Shown: one piece after another, positions 57,720-64,000 of the stretch
How positions within the stretch are numbered: position 1 is the first letter of the stretch
Layout: each line of letters starts with the position of its first letter
Notes under the pieces: generated by a model
Database searches by the model: none
Seen by the model: only the letters and a program-made list of their open reading frames with translations
Told to the model about the DNA's origin: nothing
NCBI GenBank assembly: GCA_963811105.1
Contig: CAWEPZ010000011.1
Span: 1,376,001 to 1,440,000 of the forward strand
Reading direction: 5' to 3'
Source: Candidatus Bathyarchaeota archaeon
GTDB taxonomy: Archaea > Thermoproteota > Bathyarchaeia > Bathyarchaeales > Bathycorpusculaceae
Length of the DNA: 64,000 nucleotides
Made by a program: the position numbers and the translations under genes

Positions 57720-58787
57720 ATGAGCGACTCATACTTCAAAAAGAAACTAGAACCAATCAAAGTCACAAAACAGAAACCTATCTCACAACTCCTAAAAGAA
57801 ATGGGCAAAACCGCTTACCAAGGACGCAAGCTTGGAGAGGCTGTTGATGTCTGGGAAAACATGATTAAAGAAAAAGACACCGTAATCGCCATGGGTTTTG
57901 CAGGCTCCATGAGTACCGCGGGACAATGGACAATTGTCAATTGGCTTATGGAAAACCGTTTCATCGACGTGCTGGTTTCGACTGGCGCCAACGTTTCCGA
58001 AGACATAGTGGATGCCATGGGTCTTGGTTACTATCAAGGCAACCATATGGTAAACGATGAGCAACTGCTCCATGACGATGTCAACCGATATTACGACGTT
58101 TACGGCAAAGAAACCGATTATCGAGAAATGGAAACGCTTGTTACAGACTTCGTTATGACATGCAAAGAAGACTACCAATATACTTCAGCAGAATTCCTCT
58201 ATTTGCTTGGCAAATATCTGGGAAAGAAAAAAATTCCAGCCATCTCTGCAGTTGCAGCAGCCAATGGTGTCCCAATTTTCAGCCCAGCCATGGTCGACAG
58301 CGCCTACGGCGAAACATTCTTGTTAGCTAAAAATCAAGGACACAACGTCCACATCGATTCTGTAAAAGAATTTGACCAATTCGTCAGCATCGGCACTAAA
58401 ACCAAGGAAGTCGGCGTTGTCTACATCGGCGGCGGCGTTCCTAAAGACCTCACCCAACTTATCGCCATATCCGTCTCCCCAATGACGTGCGACCAAGGAG
58501 TAAAAGGCAGAAAAGGCGGTTTACGCAAAAGCCTACAAGAATACTACTACCCCCACAAATACGCCATACAAATCACCACAGACTCACCTCAATGGGGCGG
58601 CTTAAGCGGTTGCACTTTAGAAGAAGCCATCAGCTGGGGCAAAATCAACAGCCAAACAGGAACAAGAGCAGTCTGCTACTGTGACGCAACCATTGCACTG
58701 CCACTTATCTGCCATGCATTAGCTGAGCGGGTTCCAGAAAAACGCAAGGGGCCAGACATGAGCTGGCTATTCAAAGGCGTCCAATAA
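57720..58787 (+). CDS. Deoxyhypusine synthase-like protein (second paralog)
   Basis: STGANVSED, GGGVPKD, DSPQWGGLSGCTLEEAISWGK, DATIALP. Confidence 0.88.
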   Translation: MSDSYFKKKLEPIKVTKQKPISQLLKEMGKTAYQGRKLGEAVDVWENMIKEKDTVIAMGFAGSMSTAGQWTIVNWLMENRFIDVLVSTGANVSEDIVDAMGLGYYQGNHMVNDEQLLHDDVNRYYDVYGKETDYREMETLVTDFVMTCKEDYQYTSAEFLYLLGKYLGKKKIPAISAVAAANGVPIFSPAMVDSAYGETFLLAKNQGHNVHIDSVKEFDQFVSIGTKTKEVGVVYIGGGVPKDLTQLIAISVSPMTCDQGVKGRKGGLRKSLQEYYYPHKYAIQITTDSPQWGGLSGCTLEEAISWGKINSQTGTRAVCYCDATIALPLICHALAERVPEKRKGPDMSWLFKGVQ

Positions 58788-58800
58788 ACGGCCTAAACTT

Positions 58801-59766
58801 TTATTTTCTTTTCTTTTTGTTTAACCTATCTATAAGCGAAGCGGTCATTATTGGCATGATTACTGTGGCGTCGCCTTCTATCATTATGCGTTTGGCTTTT
58901 TCGCTGATTTTTCCCCATGAGACGGCTTCTCTGGGGCGTGCACCGCTTAGGCTTCCATCCCACTCATCTGCCGTGCTGATGTAAACAACAAAGTCTAAGC
59001 CGTCCTTGAACTGATTCCACCAAATCACATGGTGCTTGCTGATGCCTCCGCCAACGATGAGTGCGCCAGTTTGCTTAGCATCAAAAACTATGTTGTTTAG
59101 ATCATCCTCGTCTTTAAGCAAGTTAATCCTGAAGTCTTTGTGATCCTGGCTGAAGAACCAAAGCTGATAGCCTACAGAACCATCAGTTATGCCTGGTACA
59201 AAGACTGGAATGTTGTTTTTGGCTGCCCAATAAAGAATTGAGCTTTCGCCGCAACGGCGCAGACCAATTTCACGGCACAACTCGCTTGTGGAAAGTTCCC
59301 GTTTGCCTTCCTTGTATAGCTCTTCAAGCAGGCCTAAGATTTTCTGCTCTATAATTATTCCATAGCTATCATTTGGTACAAGCACGTTTCCCAGGCGATT
59401 GACACCTTCACGATGGAGTTTTGTGTCGCTCATTATGAAGCTGCCTTTGTAGTAATCTTTCCAGCATCGTGCCACGTCATGATCCAATGTTCCACAAGTG
59501 GTAATTATTACATCAACAAGTTTGCGTTTTACAAGTTCTTTGATAACGCCTCGGGTGCCAGTTGCCACAATATCCGCGGTGAAAGAGAGAAATTTAACAC
59601 AGTTCCTTGAGTTAATCATGGCTTCCATAATGCTGACGCCTGTAGCCAGTTTGCCTGCGGTGAAACCCCATGCCTTGTCCATTTGTTTAACAAGGTCATT
59701 TACGGACATATTTTCAGTAAATTGATAATCTTCCACTGGAACTTTATGTGATTCGTTATGAGACAT
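58801..59766 (-). CDS. dys: Deoxyhypusine synthase
   Basis: NRLGNVLVP, GGGISKHH, DGSLSGARPREAVSWGK. Confidence 0.93.
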   Translation of the reverse strand: MSHNESHKVPVEDYQFTENMSVNDLVKQMDKAWGFTAGKLATGVSIMEAMINSRNCVKFLSFTADIVATGTRGVIKELVKRKLVDVIITTCGTLDHDVARCWKDYYKGSFIMSDTKLHREGVNRLGNVLVPNDSYGIIIEQKILGLLEELYKEGKRELSTSELCREIGLRRCGESSILYWAAKNNIPVFVPGITDGSVGYQLWFFSQDHKDFRINLLKDEDDLNNIVFDAKQTGALIVGGGISKHHVIWWNQFKDGLDFVVYISTADEWDGSLSGARPREAVSWGKISEKAKRIMIEGDATVIMPIMTASLIDRLNKKKRK

Positions 59767-59831
59767 ATGATAATCACTTGATGCACTTTGTTAAGAAACG
59801 TCAAGATAAATACATGTCGAAAAATACTGGG

Positions 59832-60710
59832 CTATTCAGACAAGTAAGAGATGATTCTCTGATAAATGTCCTTGTCCATAGAGTCTTCGTAGCCTGCATA
59901 AATGCTTGGATTATCATTAACTTCCACGACAACGTAGTTGCCGTCTACTTCTTTGATGTCAACTCCATAGAGCCCTTTACCAACAACACTGCAAGCCTTC
60001 AAAGCCACTTCTCTTAGTCCAGCAGGTATCTCTTGCTTCTTCATGCTTACCGTTCTGCCCCAAATCACCGTTGGTTTGCCCCGAAGTTTTGCGCCGTGCT
60101 TCCATTTGCCTTTGGGAATCATGTATTTACAAACGTAAAGAACATCATCGTTTAAGACTCCTACTCTCCAGTCAAAAGCGGTTGGTGTAAATTTCTGAAT
60201 GGCTAAAACATCTGATTTCTTAAAGAATCGTTTGGCAACATCTCTAAAGCTTGTTTCACAAGCAGCCTTCTCCACATAACGCGAGAAACTCGTATACGGT
60301 GCCTTTATAACAACAGGTTTTCCGAGCACATCGAATACTTCGCTGATTTTTTTGTGATGCAACTCTTCTCTATCAAGGAACATTGTGGGTATGTGCGGCA
60401 CATTATATTTCTCAAATAAGGCATATTGATGGATTTTGTTGCCACATATCGTTATAGATTCTGGGTCATCGATAACTTTCAAACCAAGTTCCCATGCAGT
60501 TTTAGAAACAACATAAGCCGCATTCAAAGGGTCAGTTGTTGCTCGAATAAAAACTGCATCATATTTTGGAACATCGGAAATATCTTCACGAAACAAGAAA
60601 TTGAATTGGTTGCCTGCTTTTTCCGCCGCTTTCTTGAAGTTTTGAAGAGCGCCTTCCTCTCGAATATCAGTAAAATTATATTTTTCAACAAAGCAGGCGA
60701 TCTTAGACAC
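59832..60710 (-). CDS. RimK-family ATP-grasp ligase
   Basis: FIRATT, VIDDPESI.ICGNK, DWRVGVL, LYGVDIK, EVNDNP. Confidence 0.92.
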   Translation of the reverse strand: MSKIACFVEKYNFTDIREEGALQNFKKAAEKAGNQFNFLFREDISDVPKYDAVFIRATTDPLNAAYVVSKTAWELGLKVIDDPESITICGNKIHQYALFEKYNVPHIPTMFLDREELHHKKISEVFDVLGKPVVIKAPYTSFSRYVEKAACETSFRDVAKRFFKKSDVLAIQKFTPTAFDWRVGVLNDDVLYVCKYMIPKGKWKHGAKLRGKPTVIWGRTVSMKKQEIPAGLREVALKACSVVGKGLYGVDIKEVDGNYVVVEVNDNPSIYAGYEDSMDKDIYQRIISYLSE

Positions 60711-61404
60711 CGAAGGGTTCACCCTGCTCAGAAATGAGCAAAACCTCTTTCGAAATTATTTTCAAGTCTTGTTCGGAAAGCTCCTCTTTGCTTAGGGGTT
60801 GCAGTCCACACAAATAAGCTTTCTCTTGCGTTTTTTGAAGGTGGAGTTTGCATACAGGGATTTTGAAGGTTTCATAAACTTTCTGCGCGATTTCTTGTGT
60901 CTGCGGATCTTCATCGACTGTTTTGCCTAAGAAAGATTTGATGGTGACGAGTTCACCTTTGAATGGCTGAGCGCATACAGCGAATTTGTAGTTCATGCCC
61001 AGGCTTTTCATAGCTCGGTATAGGGCGCTTTTGTTTTGGGCGATTTTGTAGCCGTCATAAATGAAAGGATTCACCGCAAAAACGATTACAGGCAAGCCAA
61101 GTTCCATAGTTATCTTTTTTACAGAGTCTGTAACGAGAGAGGGCAAAGTTGGAATTCCAGCTTTAGCCGCTCGGAGGAGAAGAATAGGGATTCTGCTTGA
61201 GTCAATGATATTTTCGCATGATGGAATAACTCGGTTGCCTAGAATCTCGGCATGCATCGACACATAATACCCTGATTTCATGTATCGGTATTCATTATTG
61301 ATGTTGAGTGTGGATTCTTTGATTGTGGATTCTAAAAACGATGCGGGCTTCATTACTTGAAGATTAGGGGTTAGGTCGATGTTTGAGACGACCAACACGG
61401 TCAT
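60703..61404 (-). CDS. RLAN (RimK-like ATP-grasp N-terminal) domain protein
   Basis: YRYMKSGYYVSMHAEILGNRVIPS typical of RLAN; coupled to the RimK gene. Confidence 0.82.
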   Translation of the reverse strand: MTVLVVSNIDLTPNLQVMKPASFLESTIKESTLNINNEYRYMKSGYYVSMHAEILGNRVIPSCENIIDSSRIPILLLRAAKAGIPTLPSLVTDSVKKITMELGLPVIVFAVNPFIYDGYKIAQNKSALYRAMKSLGMNYKFAVCAQPFKGELVTIKSFLGKTVDEDPQTQEIAQKVYETFKIPVCKLHLQKTQEKAYLCGLQPLSKEELSEQDLKIISKEVLLISEQGEPFGV

Positions 61405-61458
61405 GAGACACCAGGTAATTAAAAGGCGTTATTCGTGTAGTTATATTTAAGATTAACT

Positions 61459-62697
61459 ATGTTTATATTCGCATCCAAATTAGCGCTAAACAAAAAGAGG
61501 CACAACTTTACGTATAAGACACTTGAAGTGCTTGGACCAGAACTTGAATACTCGCTTGTAAACCAAGAACTAAAGCCCCTGCCCATCTCTGACAAAATCA
61601 TAAAAGGTTACTGCGGAAAAACCATTAATTTTGTAGAACAACCATCATTCACGTTTGGAAAAGAAATGCAACTGCATGTAATGGAAGTAAAAGCCTCCTC
61701 TCCCTTCAAATCACCTATTCAATTTGAAGAGACTATGCAGAACGCAGTTTCAACCCTCAACCAAATCCTGAAAAAACAAGGTGCTTTGCTTCTTGGTACA
61801 GGAATGCATCCGCTGCTACAGTTGAAGGACACTGCCGTCTGGCCACACTATCACAGAAAAATCTATCAGGAATATGGCAAAATTTTCAATCTAAACCAAC
61901 ATGGCTGGCTAAATATCCAAAGCTTCCACCTAAATCTCCCATTCCAAAAAGAAGCTGATGGTATCCAAATCCATAATTTGCTTGCTAACTTGTGCGCTTA
62001 TCTTCCAGCAATTGCTGCTTCCTCACCCATATACGAAGGCAAGAACGGAGTCGACATTGACAATCGCTTGCAATTCTACAAGGTAAACCAAAAAGAAATT
62101 CCATCTATAACTGCAGAAGTCATCCCAGAATATATTACTTCAATTGCCCAGTACAAAAGAGATGTTATTGAGCGGTACTCTAATGATTTAGCTAAAGCTG
62201 GAGCAGCTAAGACGCTGTTGAAGCGGGAGTGGGTTAATTCAAGAGGGGTAATTTTCCGATTTGATCGTTCAGCCCTTGAAGTTCGTGTGATGGATGAACA
62301 GGAATGTGTTAAATCAGATGTGGCACTGAGTTGTTTTATTCGTGCTGCACTTAGAGGATTAATGGAATTGAAGTCTGAGCTTTTGCCGCATGACCTGCTG
62401 GTTAAGGACTTTAACGCAATAGTTCACAGAGGGTTAAACGCTGAAGTTTCAAATCCAAATGGCAAAACAGCGAGGCAAGTATGCCAACACTATCTTCACA
62501 TTGCAGAAAGGTACGCTGATGAAGATGAGAAAAACTATATTTGGATTATCAAGAAACGCCTGGACGATGGCAATCTATCTGACCTCATAAAGAACAGGGT
62601 CTCAAGGTGCGCCCAGAAAACCGATTTCCACGAAGCAATCACAAACGTTTATTCAACGCTTATTAAGTGCCTTTCCGATAATGAACCCTATTTCTAA
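61459..62697 (+). CDS. Glutamate--cysteine ligase family 2 (GCS2) protein; start uncertain
   Basis: GPELEY, KEMQLHVME, GTGMHP, HGWLNIQSFHLN, ASSP, NSRG..RFDRSALEVRVMDEQEC. Confidence 0.88.
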   Translation: MFIFASKLALNKKRHNFTYKTLEVLGPELEYSLVNQELKPLPISDKIIKGYCGKTINFVEQPSFTFGKEMQLHVMEVKASSPFKSPIQFEETMQNAVSTLNQILKKQGALLLGTGMHPLLQLKDTAVWPHYHRKIYQEYGKIFNLNQHGWLNIQSFHLNLPFQKEADGIQIHNLLANLCAYLPAIAASSPIYEGKNGVDIDNRLQFYKVNQKEIPSITAEVIPEYITSIAQYKRDVIERYSNDLAKAGAAKTLLKREWVNSRGVIFRFDRSALEVRVMDEQECVKSDVALSCFIRAALRGLMELKSELLPHDLLVKDFNAIVHRGLNAEVSNPNGKTARQVCQHYLHIAERYADEDEKNYIWIIKKRLDDGNLSDLIKNRVSRCAQKTDFHEAITNVYSTLIKCLSDNEPYF

Positions 62698-62711
62698 AAA
62701 AGGTAACCCCA

Positions 62712-63257
62712 ATGGCACAAGACAACAAGGGAGTAACCTATTCATTTGATGTATGTGGTCAATGCAGACGCATCTGCTGTCAAGACGCAAAACCCCCATT
62801 AACCAAAAAACGAAAAAAAATCATCGAAGAATACCTAAAAAAACAAAAAATAAACGTTGAACAACCATTTGCCAGAGAACAGTATTCCTATCCGGCAGTT
62901 GACGAACTTGTTTTCTGCAGGCTCTTTAACAAGTTAACAGGAAAATGCTCCGTTCACCCAGTCAAACCTGAAACATGCGTAGCTGGACCCATAACTTTTG
63001 ACATAAATTTTAAAACAAAGAAAGTTGAGTGGTTTCTTAAAAGAGATTCAATTTGCGCTTTTGCAGGGATTTTATACAAAAATAAAAATGTTTTCGAGGA
63101 ACATGTTGAAGCAGCTAAGAAAGAGTTAACTCAGCTTATATGTGAACTTGGGCTTGAAGAATTGCTTGCCGTCGTTAAAGTTGAGGAACCGCAAACTTTC
63201 AAAATCGGTGAAGATGACTTGCCCTTGGAAGTTTCTCGCAAGCTTGATTTAAGATAA
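62712..63257 (+). CDS. YkgJ-family cysteine cluster protein
   Basis: CGQCRRICC, C.LF....GKCSVHPVKPETC. Confidence 0.88.
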   Translation: MAQDNKGVTYSFDVCGQCRRICCQDAKPPLTKKRKKIIEEYLKKQKINVEQPFAREQYSYPAVDELVFCRLFNKLTGKCSVHPVKPETCVAGPITFDINFKTKKVEWFLKRDSICAFAGILYKNKNVFEEHVEAAKKELTQLICELGLEELLAVVKVEEPQTFKIGEDDLPLEVSRKLDLR

Positions 63258-63258
63258 T

Positions 63259-63588
63259 TTATAGGAAGCCAGCTTCCCTTAATTTAAGTGCCGCAGCAAT
63301 GTTGCCTTTGAACTTGATTTTTCCGGTAAAAAAGGCTTTTTCAGCGCTTAATTTTTTGTTTACCATATCCATGAAGTCTGTATCCGAGGCTTTCAAAGTT
63401 AATGAAGGTGATGGATGAGTTCCTTTCGTTATTTGTAGTTTTTGGTCTTTGACGATGACTACCCACTCGCCTCCGCTTGGACCGTTTAATATTAGTTGAA
63501 TTATAACATCAATGCCTGCGGTTTTCTCAGGTTTGAATCTTGCAGGTAGAGCTTCTTGAAAAAAGTTATTAGGCGTTGTGGCTTCCAT
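63259..63588 (-). CDS. SCP2 sterol/lipid-binding domain protein
   Basis: GGEWVV, AFFTGKIKFKGN. Confidence 0.9.
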   Translation of the reverse strand: MEATTPNNFFQEALPARFKPEKTAGIDVIIQLILNGPSGGEWVVIVKDQKLQITKGTHPSPSLTLKASDTDFMDMVNKKLSAEKAFFTGKIKFKGNIAAALKLREAGFL

Positions 63589-63646
63589 GATTTCAACCGT
63601 TTCTAGCTATTCTGCTTGACTTAAGTTATTTGAACTTATTGTTAGT

Positions 63647-64000
63647 TTAGCGGAAGAGGTCTCTTTCTTTTGCTCTTATTAGTTCAGTTGGCGGGATGTT
63701 ATCGTTTGATTGGTAATTGTATCCGCGAATGATGGCTGCTGGTATTCCCTCATTTGCTTGACCGATAACCAATTCTGCTGCTGAAGCTAACTCGTCGCCG
63801 ATTGCGGTTTGCTTAACTTTAAGAACGTACCCGAAAAGGTCTTTTTCGCCTCGCCTGTCTCTAATAGGTTTAAGGCCTGCAACGCCAACAGCCACGTTAA
63901 TTTCTCCCAGTCGAAAAGGTCTGCCATGCGTATCAGAAACAATTACTGCAACATTGGTTCCGGTTAACCGCTTAATTTCTTGCCTGATGTTTTGTGCAGA
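63647..64000 (-). CDS. cofE: Coenzyme F420-0:L-glutamate ligase (5'-truncated by window edge)
   Basis: VIVSDTHGRPFR, DRRGEKDLFG, DELASAAELV.GQ.NEGIP, DLFR. Confidence 0.92.
   Translation of the reverse strand, partial: SAQNIRQEIKRLTGTNVAVIVSDTHGRPFRLGEINVAVGVAGLKPIRDRRGEKDLFGYVLKVKQTAIGDELASAAELVIGQANEGIPAAIIRGYNYQSNDNIPPTELIRAKERDLFR

Noticed and set aside
1-64000. Many short antisense or overlapping ORFs in the six-frame track (e.g. 11-418, 15436-15897, 53051-53446)
   Set aside because: They are shadows of well-supported genes on the other strand or frame and have no motifs
1-64000. CRISPR array, integrase, transposase or intein
   Set aside because: No spaced direct repeats or recombinase motifs seen; MCM and RFC have normal lengths
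1-64000. Genome-wide TAG recoding to pyrrolysine
   Set aside because: TAG ends several conserved genes at their normal C-termini (rpoF, dph2, tfs, priS), and the pseudogene stops include TAA and TGA

Overview
Core-genome window from a TACK-group archaeon. It is most likely Bathyarchaeia, inferred from protein style, gene order and frequent TTG starts. It holds conserved translation, transcription and replication clusters: SRP54-Pus10-L21e-RpoF-DUF655-KsgA; Dph2-METTL5-Csl4-RpoL-DUF99-TFS-PCNA-PriL..PriS-GINS15; L44e-S27e-[aIF2alpha]-Nop10-PAC2; GINS23-MCM; RfcS-RfcL. It also holds tRNA-modification genes, sugar-nucleotide genes, guaA, a bacterial-type cysK-cysE operon, tRNA-Leu(GAG) followed by an accessory segment, argS, two deoxyhypusine synthase paralogs and an RLAN/RimK/GCS2 ligase cluster. 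No CRISPR array, integrase or transposase was seen. Two short genes missing from the ORF track were read by hand (nop10, rpoP). Main observations: (1) aIF2alpha has collapsed to a 46-codon remnant in its conserved locus; (2) a candidate transmembrane signalling module sits next to the tRNA, made of a palindromic operator, an HTH/Zn regulator and a WCP-motif membrane beta-propeller protein; (3) several decayed pseudogenes lie among intact core genes; (4) perfect palindromic operators precede cysK and gdhA; (5) a nucleotide-sugar dehydrogenase looks catalytically dead. All calls come from motif recognition by eye; no database searches were run.
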